Below are positions 1 to 12,965 of a stretch of DNA of 64,000 nucleotides, piece by piece. The stretch is from Lama glama. Taxonomy: Eukaryota. The stretch covers positions 7,194,001 through 7,258,000 of the forward strand of contig CM052832.1 of the NCBI GenBank assembly GCA_028534125.1. Direction: 5' to 3'. A model generated the notes under the pieces. The model was not told the DNA's origin and ran no database searches. It saw nothing but the letters and a program-made list of their open reading frames with translations. Positions within the stretch are counted from its first letter, which is position 1; each line of letters starts with the position of its first letter. Both the position numbers and the translations under genes were made by a program.

Positions 1-284
1 CCCAGAAAGCAGCTACCCCAACAGACTGTCGGTCGCTGGTCCTACTGTCAGTTTAGAAAGTCTTCGACTCTGGGGTGACCCTGTAATTCTAGACACCGTC
101 TCTCCTGCACCTCCAACACCCACCCCCCCAATCCCAGCCCAGGGACTCTACCCCTTCCTACAAGAAATACACTCTCCCCTCTGTCCTTCCTGGAAACACA
201 GCCGTGCCTTACTTCAAATTGCAAAACCCTAAAATGACACTTTGTAGGGACGCACGGCTCACCAGCTTGCATTCAAAAATGAAC

Positions 285-437
285 CTAGAGGTGGAGACGG
301 GGGGGGGAAGGGCTTAAGGGATACAGGGGGGTCTGTCTGGGGTGATGAGAATGAATGCCCTAAATGCCGCTAAACTGTTCACTTTAAAAATGGTTAATTT
401 TATACTCTGTGAATTTCACCTCAATTTTTACAAAAAG
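285..437 (+). mobile_element. Old L1 (L1MB-like) 3' end fragment
   Basis: AACTGTTCACTTTAAAAATGGTTAATTTTATACTCTGTGAATTTCACCTCAAT plus an A-rich tail is a typical L1M terminus. Confidence 0.7.
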
Positions 438-2112
438 AAAGGATTTCTCAAGAAGGAGGAAACCCATCTAGAATCCTGTCAACCAACCCACATTTGACTC
501 TGGTCCTCCATCTCCTGACTTGCTCATGGGAGGGGGTGGGGAAGGACCCAAGCTGACACTGTACAATTGTTCCAGTTCTTAGCAGGATGAGGACTTCAGA
601 CCATCCCATACAGAGAGAAAACAAGACCAGCAAGCTGCCCAGTAGGCTAAAATTAACTGACCCTCCACGATCTAGATTTGGCAAGTCACTGAACTCTCTG
701 TTCCTCCTCTGTGAGCTCCAACCTGTCTTATGAGACTCCTGAGAGGGGCCCATAAAAGTGATCAGAGACCCAGGCCAGATCTGGGAGGCTATATATCTGA
801 CTCCTGTAACTTCATTTCTTTCTCAGCCACCAGCCAGCAGTCTCCAGTAAGTCCCCATGTCAGGCAAGGCAGGATTTTTCTTAATATATGATTTCGATCT
901 TCAATAGCCCTGGCCAATTCAAAATAAAGAGAAGGGGAGGGGGGTGCTGAGGGCACAGACCCTACAAATTTTAAAAAGAAAATGAAAGAGGTCTTGTCCT
1001 TCAACAAGTTGACACAAGACTTAGAAAAGGATCCTTTCGGCCAAAGAATATTTTTATACTTTGTGCGTCTATATAAATAGGGTTTTTTTTAATAGAAAGC
1101 ACATCACTGGTGTCTAAAACCAAACGTGGTTTTGATTGAACCAGACTTACATTTATATCTGAAGCTCGTTTGCTAACAATAGAACCGGCCTTCCCATTTG
1201 CCAACATCAATGTTGACCTGTTTTCACCTAAATTTTATAGATGTCAGAAAAAGAAACTGTGCGCTAGTCAGCGGCATACCCTGGCCTTTCTCAGCCACAC
1301 TTGCTTGTATTCTTGCAGTGCCTTTAAATTCCCCTTGTCACAAAAACTAACAATAAGGTCAAGTATTTCAGTAAGAAATATTGAATTATGATCCAACGTT
1401 GTCAAACAGCCAAGAGCCTACGAAAGCTAACCACGAACTGGAGAAGAGAGGCTTAACCTCAGGTCTCCCCACCCCGTCTCCCTTGCATGGGGGAGGATTT
1501 TTGGCACCGGGGGGGGGGGGCACCAGGAGGGTGGGGGAAATGGGAACTGGGCGGCTCACAGTCACGTCCAAGCGCCTGTCCCTCAGGAGTGTCTTGTTGC
1601 TCTCGTTCGCTGATGCAAAGAGCCGGCTTTGATTTTTCTTGGAGAGGGCTCCAGGCACCCTAACATCCCGGCCATGCCAACACCACGAGGCTGCCCAGCG
1701 CCCCAATCCCATGGCCGTATCCCTGTCCATCAAGGCTAATTTCTATGACAACATAAACTTCACTGCGTCGCCAATAAACTCAAACCCGATGGAACTTGAT
1801 GTGGCCAAGACGGAGACTGACAAACGGGCAAGGTGTCAGGGCTGGAAATGGAACTCACTTCACCAGCCGGTGGTTTGGGAGGGGGAAGGACGGATTTACG
1901 GGTGTGTGCGTGTGTTTCATTTGCTCTAATAACTCTAGTAAAGTTCCATTAATCAATAAACTGTCTCTTGCAGAGACAGTAATAAAATACAAGGCTCCTG
2001 ACTTGAGCTTCAGGTAGAACCAGAACTCTCTCCCTCATTTTCACTCCAACCCATAGAGGCTAAGATCACAGCCCCCCTATTACTTCAAGGGATCTGGGCA
2101 GGGTTCTTAGGC

Positions 2113-2157
2113 GAGACAGAGAGACAGACAGACAGAGAGAGAGAGAGAGAGAGAGAG
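2113..2157. repeat. (GACA)n/(GA)n compound microsatellite
   Basis: Seen directly. Confidence 0.93.
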
Positions 2158-5100
2158 GAACGAGAATTGGCTTTTGACTGGCCGACTAAGAAAGTAGTCT
2201 GCAAGAAGGCAGCAGCCCCAGAATGGGATGCAAGGGATGTCAAAAAACCATCCCCAGGAAATTTCCTGCCCTCTGAGTAGGGAACATGGCTTTGGAAGTC
2301 AGGTTTGAGTGGTTCCAGAAAACCGCCCTTGAAAGGCAAATATACTGACTCCTCAAAGGGGAAGGAGAAGGGAGGTCCACAGTGCAGGGGGAGCTGGTGT
2401 GGGCAGGGTCTGTGGGAGGTCCCTTAGGGGCATGGCAGGCCTCCCAAGGGGGTTCTGGAGCAGTGGATAGAGAAGACCCACAATCCTGCTTGAAAGTTTT
2501 CTGCAGGGGCAGTCACGGGCATAACTCTCTCATTAAGTGCTTTGACTAGTCCCATCCAGAGCGTAAACTTATCCCCACCATTTATACTTGTCACGCTACT
2601 GAACGCGGAAGGGTCCTCTGTGCCAAATCATCCCTCACCTCCTCATCAAGACGCCAGTCCACCCGGCAGTAGAGGCTGAGAAGCAAGCAGAGAAAACACT
2701 CCTACGCCGTGTCCTGAAAATTTGACCCCTTGTGCTGTCGTCCCTCAGTAGTTTTCACACTGGCACTTCCTTTAACATTAAGATCTCGCTTTTTTTCCAC
2801 TTCATGTTGTATATTTTAATAGGTATTTCTTTGGGTTTTTAAGTATCTGATATTGAATACGGTTTCTGCAGTAGGACTCGGATCCCACAGAGATTCTGAT
2901 ACTGCTCACCCCACCCCACACCCCACGCCCATCTCTAACTCCTCCGAGAACCCCGGGTGCCCAACCTCTCTGGCGGGGGGATGATTTGGAATGCTCCAGA
3001 ATGCCTGGGATCGCCGCCTGGCTCTCTCTTTCTTTCTGGAGGGCTCTCGGTGGGACCTCTGTGGTGGGGGACCTGTCTTCTCCCAGGGACTGTGCTGCAG
3101 GGTGGATGGGGGCTGATGCCAGATCGGCAGCAGACCCAGAATAGCAAGGAATTACTCACTACTTCCAGACCCAGCTCCCATGTCATCTTCCTGCCCCGCC
3201 CAGGGGTTTCTGCCCCCGTGGGGCTCTTCTACCCTCAGTTCCCACCTCTACTATGGCACCGCTGGGCTGTGACGTCACAGGTTAATCACACAGGCTTATT
3301 TCTCTCTCTGAGCAGACAGTGATTTTCTTGAGGGTATGGGGTGTGTCTCAGACATTTACATCTGCACCATTTATAGCAAGTGTTCAATCAGTATTTATTG
3401 AATAAAGAAAAATGCTGCCCCCTCCCTCAAGATGAGATGAGAGTTGGAGATTGTGGAGCAAAGTTGTGACAATTGTTCTCTCCAGCAAGGAATGGGGGAG
3501 GCTACCAATTCTTCCTCTTCTTAGCCCTCCATTCCCTTCTGTCCTGTAAATGGCTTTGCACTTGTGTCTGATAATCACCTGGTACAATAAGGTTATGTCT
3601 CTCCTTAAACCAGGGCTGGATGATTAACCACATTGTAACTTTCGTCTAAGAACACTACACCTGGTAGCTGTGTCTTCCATTCTTGCCCCATTAGCATGGT
3701 TTTCCTCTTGCATCTTTAAAATCGAAGTGACTTTGGTTATAGGTAACTCAGGTAGTAAGCAGATAAAAGGTAAAATTGAGATGGGAAGTCTATCGTTCTT
3801 CAGGATTAGCTGTCATGTACCATTTGTTTAGATGGCTAGGATATCATCTTAATAGAATCAAGAGTGTGACCTCATCTTTACAGCCAGAGCATGAAGCCGT
3901 GACAAGAAAGACTTCGGACCACAAGGTCATGACATCTACTCTTACCAATGAGGGCAAGGGGGCCTCGTGTCCATTAATGGACAATCAACTCAAAGCATGT
4001 GGCCAACAGATAGATCATCTTTGTCCAGGAAGGAATGACGTTGATGCCATCGGGTTGAATTTCTCACTTAGTCAGGCCTGGTATCTATGGCTATGATTTT
4101 TATGAAGTAATGTATAACAGGTCTTTCTTCAATAAGGTTAGCTGGGAGTATGGTATGGAATCTATATGTTGGAAATTAATTCACATGAGTATAAGAAATT
4201 TTTAACAGAATCAGTTTGTCTAAGTTTATAACAAGTGGAAATAGGTTCATGAAAAGTAGAAAAGTAAATAAGTGCTTACTGAAAAGATAATGCAGAAGCT
4301 GCTACTCGTACGACGGAGGGAGATGTCTCTTTCAGGGGGTGAGTATGAGAACTGCTTGGAGATAGGTGCTCAACGCTTGTCTTCCCCTCACCTGTCTACG
4401 GGTGATCCCACCTAAGTGACCTGACCTCTCTGGGATTTCATTTCCTAATCCTCTACAAAATGGCCATTTTTGCCAGTTCTGTGAGAAACAATGGACCTCA
4501 TTCTCTCTCTGAATGCTATGAAGACCCCAGCTGCCTCTTAAAACTCCCCGTAATTTCTCCATTCTAAAAGCCACTCCAAGTCTATAGGAGCTGCTCCATG
4601 GAACCTTAGCATTCTACCTGGAAGGTAATGTATTACTGCCCACGTTAAGGAGAAGGTCAAGAGAGGTTAAGTGGCTTGTTTGAGGTCACACATTTGGCTA
4701 GTAGAGATCTGGAACCCAGATCTTTTTGCAACTTACTGCTTTCCCTTTTCAGTACACCACTCAGCCTCTTAATGCAGAGTTGGCTGCATGACTGTGACAA
4801 CAGGAAAGAGGAAATGGAAGAGCAGCTTTTCCTTTATGATTAAATGAAAATCACCCACTTTTTAAACACCAAGCCTCCCCTACGGTGGTGGAAATGAAAG
4901 GCTTGTAAGACTAAATATAGATGCCAAGGACCATCTTAGGAAATGAAAAATGGAGAAAGAAATCGGCTATAAGCAGAAATTAGAACTATCTAAATCGTCT
5001 CTAGAAACTAATTGTTAACTTTTTCATCTCTGTTTTAGGCAACCTGCAACATTCATGAATTTGCGTAAATAAAGAATGGCGTGACAAACATCCCTTACTG

Positions 5101-6244
5101 GGAAGGATTAACTTGAACAGAGATGCTTTCCAATGTGCTTTTCAATGGTGGTGAGCCTTCCAGCAGATTGCTCTGCCTACAGTAGGTGTTCAATAAATGT
5201 TTGCAGAAGGAATAAAAGAAAGAAGGCGGAGGGGGAGAGGGAGAGAGGTCATTTCTGCTCTCTGAGATTTCAGGAAAATGGGATATCAAGTCCATATAAA
5301 GTAAGTAAGGAAATAGCCTATAAAAAGCTTTAGGACAGTTGGAGAGAAGCCTACTTATTCAGTTTAAGAGATTTAAATGATTCAGGGCAGAGAACACTGA
5401 CATCCCTTTCCCAGGCTCCGCCAGGCCCTTGCACAAGTACACAAAGCCTTGCACACACCAGGTGTCCCATCTCAGGCTGCAGCCAGGTCTCTCTGGGCCT
5501 GGGGCCCCCAGGATCCACTCTCTCCACTACACAGTGCTGCCTCTTAGTGGAGCCGGTTCAGAAATGGGAGACCTGAGTGCTGCCCCTTTGTCAGGTGGTG
5601 AGAAGGGCCCCAGAGCCACTCCTGCAAAGGTAAGAGTTGACACTGACAGAAATTTCTTGGCTTGGGCCTTTCTCTTGTTAGATGAGGCCAATGCTACCAA
5701 ATTAGGTCCATTAATACACTTTCCAGTAACAGTAACACGAAACTCAACACATTGACATGGAAAACCTTGAAAGAGATTACAGATTGGGGATTGAGGTCGG
5801 GGTGGGGTCAACATTTCTGTTCTGAATGTACCCGTGTATTTTAAATGTATGGATTTTGTGATGTGATGTCTCTGACTTCCCTCGTGTTAAGCCAATTGCC
5901 AAACTTAGCCATGATGTTCAGTAGAAAATTAGTTTATAAAATACATAGAAAAGATTACTTTTAAAGAGCAACTTTTTTTTAATGTTAAAAGAGTATTTTT
6001 TAAAAAAGCATTCCACGTGGGGCTCCAGCTCTATTGTGATTCAAACTATTTGGGAATTTTATTGACACACTTTAAAAGAATCCTTAGTTACTATGAGTAA
6101 GGATAATAGGTTCCATCTATTTTATATTTATTATGTTATAGACATTGTGCAAGGCTTTCCTACATATCATTAACTCATTTACTTTCTCCCTTACACAGAT
6201 GATAAAGGAGATTGTGTCTGAAGTTTTTGCTTAGGAACATGGTC

Positions 6245-6450
6245 TCTGGAATCAGGCAGCTCTAGGCTGGAGTCTTAATGGCCATGTGACTTGGGCAAGT
6301 CTGAGCCTCAGTTTCCTCATCTGTAAAATGGGGATAAAATAGTCCTACCTTCTTTATACATTGCTGGGAAGATTGAGATAAGTCATGGGCAATATTCAGC
6401 CCAAGGCCAAGGGCATAGTCAAGTGCGCACTAAAAGTTAAATGTTATTAA
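6245..6450. mobile_element. MIR SINE
   Basis: MIR core TGTGACTTGGGCAAGT...CTGAGCCTCAGTTTCCTCATCTGTAAAATGGGGATAAAATAGT. Confidence 0.8.
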
Positions 6451-9400
6451 GCATTATTATTTGATAATATGACTTTTCCCCCAAAGGTGGAAATGAAAAC
6501 AGTGCCCTTCGTGTCATCCCAGGAGGAGAAGGAAGTAAACACCTTCAGTCTCCACTCCTTCCTCCCTCCGGGATGTTCATACTAGTGAGATCAGGGCCAA
6601 GTAAACTTCAAGGACAACCACGGAGGAAGAAAACAGTGAGAAAAGGGTGGCTGGTGTGTCCTTTGTGCATTGCAGGGGAGGGGGCAGCAATCGGGGAGAG
6701 GACGTCTGGGGCTCAGGAGGAGGATGTGAAGAGGAAAGGCCACAGAGTGTTCCACTTTTTGGAACTCATGACCGGTATGCACCTCTCTACCTGCTCCTAA
6801 CATTCCTTCCTTCTCTCGCTCACTCTCATGCAGGCTTTGGGAGCAAAGCCCCTGGGACAGACTGTCAACACTGGGCACCCCTGCTCTCTGGGAAGCAACT
6901 TGTGGGTGGCACGAGCCAGCAGGAGCTGCGGCCTGGTCACCGCCTGCTCTGGGCAGCCTGGCCCCACAGAGCCCCGCAGCGGCCCTGGCAGCTCCCCGGG
7001 AAAGGAGAAAGCCGCATCTTACATGTGTGGCATATTCTAAAACAAAACAGTAACTGAGAGATTTGATGGACTCTGACAGGGGGAAGAAGGGAGTGAAAAA
7101 GATGGAACAAAGATGCCATTTTAAAATCATTGGCTCGGGTTCAGGGCCTCACTATTTTCTATGGCAAGGAGCGAGTAAAAAAATCCCTCCTATTGACGAG
7201 AATTTTTTTCCTTATAGTCGTTGAAAGCCAAAGGGCTCAGGGCTTCCGACTTTCCCTCTTGGGGGACCTGGGAGCCAGTCCTCTGGAAAACTCAGGGAAG
7301 GGCTGGATGGCCAGAAGGCAGGAGACTCCGAGGCCCCCAGCAAGCAGCTTGGAGGAGGAGGACCGGGTGCGGGAGGACACACTGTGTTTTCAGCTCGGAT
7401 TCTGTGATCTTTCTGCCAAACGGGGGTTTACAAAGCAAAAACCTCCAGAGAGTTCTCATACTTTCTGGCTTATTCTCCTGGTGTTCATCTTAACAGGAAT
7501 CAGCTGTTTGCCTTCTCACTTATCCAGCATGTTGCCGCGGAGAATTTAGCATCTGGTCTGGCTATTATTAAAAACAAGAACATCCTGCTCTGCTGAGAGA
7601 ACAGCACCACAGGCAATGAAGGACAGAGATATTTGCATTCAGGATTCCAGAGTCGGCGTTTTGGTTCAATATCTGCTCTCCCTCCTCCGCCCCCACCCCG
7701 TGAGGTTTTCATTTTAAAATTTCCCGATGCCTCTACTATTTGCATCATGGGCTCCTTTTTTCTGAAACAGAGAGACACAGACAGAGCGGACTTTTTCCTT
7801 TCACTGGGAGGCAAAACTCACTGGAATTGTTCAAACACGGACCCGCTCCCGCAGTGTGATAAAGTTGAACTACCAGAGGAATTTTTTTTTTTTTTTACAA
7901 CTGCGGAAATGAAAAAGTAAACAAGACTGGGACTGCATCGGTATTTAGGCTCCAGCCTTTTTGTTGTTGTTTTCGTCTTTTGCTTTTTTTTTTTTTAAAG
8001 CATTGGGCTAGGAGCCCCAAGGAACCATATAATATGAAAAACCCTGAGACGTTTTACTAGCCAATAAAAAAAACTGAGTTCCTATTAACCACTTAACTTC
8101 TTGATGAAGTTCCACCCTGACTCGGATCCTTCTCTCCCTTCAGGCCCATGAGGAATGAAAGTTGGTCCATCAGTCTCTCCCTGCACAACCTGAGTTCACG
8201 GTGTGTCCCAGAAGTGCTGGTTGAGAAGTATACTCAGTGCTAATCTCTGCATTTCTCATCTGTGGAACCACTAATAAAATCTCGATAAGGAGTCAGATTT
8301 TCTATGCCCAAAGCCACGCCCAGAAAGACTCCTGAAGCACACTGCTAAGAAGGAGAAACGTCACTGTGATTTTCAAGATTTCAATATTAAACGACTGTGA
8401 GAGAAAACTAGAAAAGGGCTAAGGCATTACTGGAATATGTCATGATTCCCACGAAAGGTTCCTCTCGTTTCGGGGCAGAAGAAGAGAGAGAAACTCACAG
8501 AGAAACAGAAAGTGAAACTGGCCAGAGTTGTTGCACTGTCAGAGATGGATGGAGTTACACAAAAATAAACGACCTACTTTAGGAAGGAAAGGATGTCAAA
8601 GATTTAAATCATAAAACTGTTGTATTAAGGCTCCCGAGATTGTGTGTGTCATGTGGCTGTGTGTGTGTTTGCTTTTTGCTGGTTTTAAATAATAAATTTG
8701 CACATTTATATCAATCCATCATCTGATTGTGTTTGGGGGGTTCCTGGTACCCTCATCTCTCCAGAGACCCCTTCAGCTCTGCCACTACATCCTGTATCTT
8801 CTAACTCCACTGGTCCCACTGCATCTTATTTCCACCCCCTCATCCGGGCTAAGTCTGGTACTTTTGCTTCTCCGGGAGAAATGTCCCAAGACAGAAGGAG
8901 TACAAGACCACTTGAGACCTGGCTGTGGATTCTGTGCCCTGGTTTCGTTTGATGTTAAGGAGACAAAACTATTTCTTGAGGGGCTTGTGTGGAAGAATTT
9001 TTGTTCCCCCAGCCCCATTGTTTTAAAAAAATATTTTGCTAGATGGTTTTGGTTTCTTTATAAGGCTGACAGGCGGGGGAAGGGAGGGGAGGATTTTTCC
9101 CTTCCTATTGGCTGTGGACTGACACGGGATGACCTGGGACGAACACTCAGCCACCATGATGTGAACTACCTTTGCAATGCTAAATCATAAAGCCTATTTT
9201 TCAGAAAACTCCACTAAATGTTCAAGATATCATTGCAACAACATAATAAGAAAACAAAATTAAAACAAGTTTTAGTAAAAGTTCAGTAAGTTTCCAGAAA
9301 CTTGATCCCTCCGCTTTCTAAGTGGGTTGAGCGCGTCAGGACAGCAGGGCCCGTTGAATCCCCTAAACACTTCCAAATAAAAATATTACAAAAATTAATA

Positions 9401-9706
9401 ATAACCCTTTCTTAAATGTCAGTGTCACCGTACTCCTGACATCTCAGGGGCGTCCAGTGTCCCCTGTTTCTTCTAAATAACCTATTTGAAGAAGAGTAAC
9501 TGCTGCTTCAAGACTTGTGGGTGAAGATGTGTGTTTTTGCAGAATTTGCAGGGATAATAACATCTGGCAAATAGATGGTGTGTCAAGGGGCACCTGTGTG
9601 CTTGGTGAGACTCGGCTTTCCCTGTGGCTGCCCTGGTACCTCTTCCCATTCCTCCATCCTCCTCCCTCCCTCTCCACCTCCCTCCCTTCCTGCGGGCAGG
9701 CACCCA

Positions 9707-9707
<1 letters not shown>

Positions 9708-9757
<50 letters not shown>
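9708..9757. repeat. (CA)25 microsatellite
   Basis: Perfect dinucleotide run. Confidence 0.97.
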
Positions 9758-9761
<4 letters not shown>

Positions 9762-11224
9762 GCCTGGTATAGGACCCTTTACATCTGCAGTGGATCCTTT
9801 TCTTCGCTAAATTTTGATAAACTACTTTTTTAAAAACTTCACTTCCAAGCCCTCTGGATAGAAGGCTACAGCTGTGAAGTCCCTCATGGGTCACAAAGAG
9901 GGTGCGCAGGAAGGGTGGCGGGGAGGAGGGAGATTCCCTTGCCTTTGCTCAGAGCTCATCATTTAAATAAGAGAGCATCACCGCTCCATGTATTGGTTAC
10001 TACCTGGCCTTACTTAAGCATCTTCCTCTGGCCCGAGGAGGGAGCCAAGAAAGGAAGAGATGAGGTGGTGGAGAAGGACTCAGAGTAACCCGGGGTACCC
10101 AGCGCCGGTGTGCAGGCTGGCTGCCCCCTCGGCCTGCTCATCGTCTGCACCGACATCCGGCCAGCTCAGGCCTTGCAGACTCTCCCATGAAGGCATCCTC
10201 CCCGGGCCCTTAGGACCTGACTTGAGCAAATGCATGAGTTTGCCGGGGGTCTCCCAGGGTAGCTGGCTCACTGAAATGGGGAAGTCAGTTGAGCATCCCC
10301 AGAAAAACTTAAGAGACTACAAGACAGCAGTCTTATCATAAACTCCCCCTACCCCGGCCAAAACAAAAACAAAAACCCTTGTTTCCTAGGACTGCTCTCT
10401 AAAGTGGCTTTAAATAAGTGGGACAGAGATTTAACTCGGGTTGCCTACTGTTAACCTGATCATCCGGGTGGGGTTACATCATCAACCATCTCTCCCGTGG
10501 CTCTGGGCCGTGTCAGTACCATTCACCACCCGTTTCCAGAGGGGAAAAAAAATCTGAAAATCAGCTCCTGAAGATCAGTGGGCCCTGCTCCCCCGGCTGT
10601 GAACGAGGGCCTCCTCTACCTCCCCGCCTGCCTTTTCAGACTGTTCTCAAATCCCATAAATATAAACATGTGGCTCTTCAACCGCATCTGTAGATAATAA
10701 CTTCAGGGGGCTTCCTGTTTACACGGCGATACCCATTTCCCAGCCAAATAAACTCTGCAGTGGAGAGTCGAGGTGTTTATTGGGCCAGTCTCGGCCGGGA
10801 CTGAGTTAACAGGAAACACCCACTCTCCGAGAAATGTCTGATGATTAAATATTTGGGGGGCGGGGAGGCACAAAGGTCAAAAACACTGGAGACACTGCTT
10901 TCTTCTCCCGCCTGCCGTTTCCAGTGAGAAACAGAAGCAGCCATGATACACACGGCCAAGCCCCCAGCTGTGCTGCTCGCTGGCTGCAGGGCCCGCGAGG
11001 CGGGAGGAGGGAGGAAGTGCAGACGGGAGAGCCGGGAGCCTCCCTGACGACACATGCAAGCCTCCAGGAGCTGTCAGGTGAAGGGAAGGGAGAGGCGGAT
11101 GGGCATCCATCACTGGGAGGTCCCTCAGTCTGCTGCCTGGCTGCCCTGTGTCAACAACCAATGGGTTCTTGCACCAGCTCTGGCCAGAAAGCCTGACCTA
11201 GGAAGTCAGAGAGAGCCTGGAGCC

Positions 11225-11430
11225 CAGTGGTTCTCAGTCGGGGGATTCTGCCCTCCAGGGGACATTTGGCAATGTCTGGAGACATTTTTCATGGTCACAA
11301 CTGGGCAGATGCTACCAGCACGTAGCAAGCGGAAGCCAGGGATGCTGTTAAACATCCTACGAGGCACAGGGCCGCCCTCTCTACACTCACGCCAAAGAAT
11401 TACCCAGCCTAAAGTGTCACTGGTACCAAG
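11225..11430 (+). mobile_element. MER20 (hAT-Charlie) non-autonomous DNA transposon, near full length
   Basis: CAGTGGTTCTCA...CAGGGGACATTTGGCAATGTCTGGAGACATTTTT...GCCAGGGATGCTGTTAAACATCCTAC...AAAGAATTA matches the recalled MER20 consensus. Confidence 0.88.
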
Positions 11431-12504
11431 GGCCAGTCCAGTGCCTTTCCATAGACCAAGAAACTGAGACCCAGAGGAGGAAAGTGATCTGCCCCACACC
11501 TTGCTACTGCTGGACAAAGCTGGAGAGGTAAAGAAAGCCGCGGTGCCCACCTCCCATGCGATGCCTTCCAAAGTCACACCAATGTTTAATTTAAAAGGAT
11601 AAATAAATATACACCCTCCAAGAGTTGCAAACAAGGTCCCTGGCCTAAGCTCACCCAAGTGCTTTTAGGATGCCTCCCAGTCTTAGAAACTAGCTGTTTC
11701 CAAGACGGCTCAGAAAACAGTGCCAAAGGGGTAAGAATGAGTAGATCTGAAAGGCGGCCTCTAACTCCTGCGGGATGTGGGCGGCTGCCCAGTGACTGCA
11801 CTCGCCGGCCCCGTGGTCCCTGGTCCCCGTCTACAGCCGCACGGACGGACAGCACAGGACGTGAAGAAAGCAACCGCTCTACCCCGGGCCCTCCACCTCC
11901 TGGCAGGGGAGGGACTTACCAAAAGTAAACAGTGGCCCAGAAAAAAGACTCCAAACTAGAGTGAAGCTCACTAGCAGCAGAATTTCTCTGAGGCTGAGCT
12001 CTCCAGGCCCAGGTCCATTTTCACTCATCCTTGTCTTTGGTTGACTTTCTTTTTAAGAACCCAAAAGAGATGTGGGAAGGAAAACACACTACCCACTACA
12101 GCTGGGCTGCCTGGGCTCCTGGGACTACAGCCGGGGGGTTCACTTGCCGGCCCCATTCATGGGCCCGGAGATTGAGAATCACGGAACCATCCAGGCTGCT
12201 GTCTTTCTACCCTGACTGGTCCCGTGGTTGGAATCAGGGGCTTTCCCAAGGATGGGGCGGGCACTCCTTCCTTCAGACAACAGGCTGATAAGGAAATGAG
12301 TGCACTGCTTGGTTCTTCGCCCACCTCTCTCTAAGGGGCAGGACCAAACAAGAACCCAGCGCTTACCAAGACAGTTTTCCTCTCACCAGTAATATAGGAT
12401 CCCTGCTCTCATCCAACCCTGGCAAATCCTACCACCCATAAGTGCCCAGGTGTAGGGAGGAGGAGGCGTCAGACTAGAGGAGAAATCGCCGATGAGAAAA
12501 GACC

Positions 12505-12554
12505 CAGTGTACACACATAACAAAACCAAAAAAAAAAAAAAAAGCCATTTTATT
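12505..12554 (-). terminator. RUNX2: Distal polyadenylation signal and downstream element
   Basis: Plus-strand TTTATT at 12549-12554 is AATAAA on minus. It is followed on minus by T16 (12543-12528) and GGTTTTGTTATGTGTGT. Several UGUA (plus TACA) motifs lie upstream at ~12621-12642. Confidence 0.85.
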
Positions 12555-12946
12555 GAAAATTAAATTCAAACTTCAAATTAATATTACAATCATGAGAAAA
12601 AAATGCCAAATAATTCAATTTACAGTTGCAACATACAATACAAATAGTCCCTTTGAAGTTACGAGTAAACTCATCCACAATCATGACCTGTGGCACAAAG
12701 CAGAATTTGTACAATATGTGCATGGGAAGCAAATCTTGGGCAACAGCAATTGGAAAAATAAAAATAAAAATGAAAAGCTTGTATTTACACACAATGCTAC
12801 AAATATTTGTGTTCCACAGAAATCTAAGAATGGTAAAGCATATCCAAAAAAATTGGAATTTTATTCAGAATACCTAAGAAATTACTGTAAGTTATGGTTT
12901 TGGCTGATATATTTCAAAGTACTGCATGAAAAAGCAAACAGTTATT

Positions 12947-12965
12947 TGTAAACATGAAGTAAACA
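12947..12965 (-). promoter_or_regulatory. Tandem miR-30 family seed sites in the 3' UTR
   Basis: Plus TGTAAACA at 12947-12954 (8mer TGTTTACA on the mRNA) and GTAAACA at 12959-12965 (7mer-m8). miR-30 is an established RUNX2 regulator. Confidence 0.8.

Noticed and set aside
6591..7549. Overlapping 130-180 aa ORFs downstream of RUNX2
   Set aside because: GC-rich chance ORFs in several frames, with no recognisable domain or exon structure.
9444..9894. ORFs with CVCV/HTHT runs
   Set aside because: Artefacts of the (CA)25 microsatellite.
1..12500. Alternative RUNX2 3' terminal exon (proline-rich C-terminus reported in mouse) or a neighbouring gene
   Set aside because: No matching reading frame recognised in this interval.
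12553..12951. 132-aa plus-strand ORF antisense to the distal 3' UTR
   Set aside because: TTG start, AT-driven K/N/I composition and no recognisable homology; best explained as a chance ORF.
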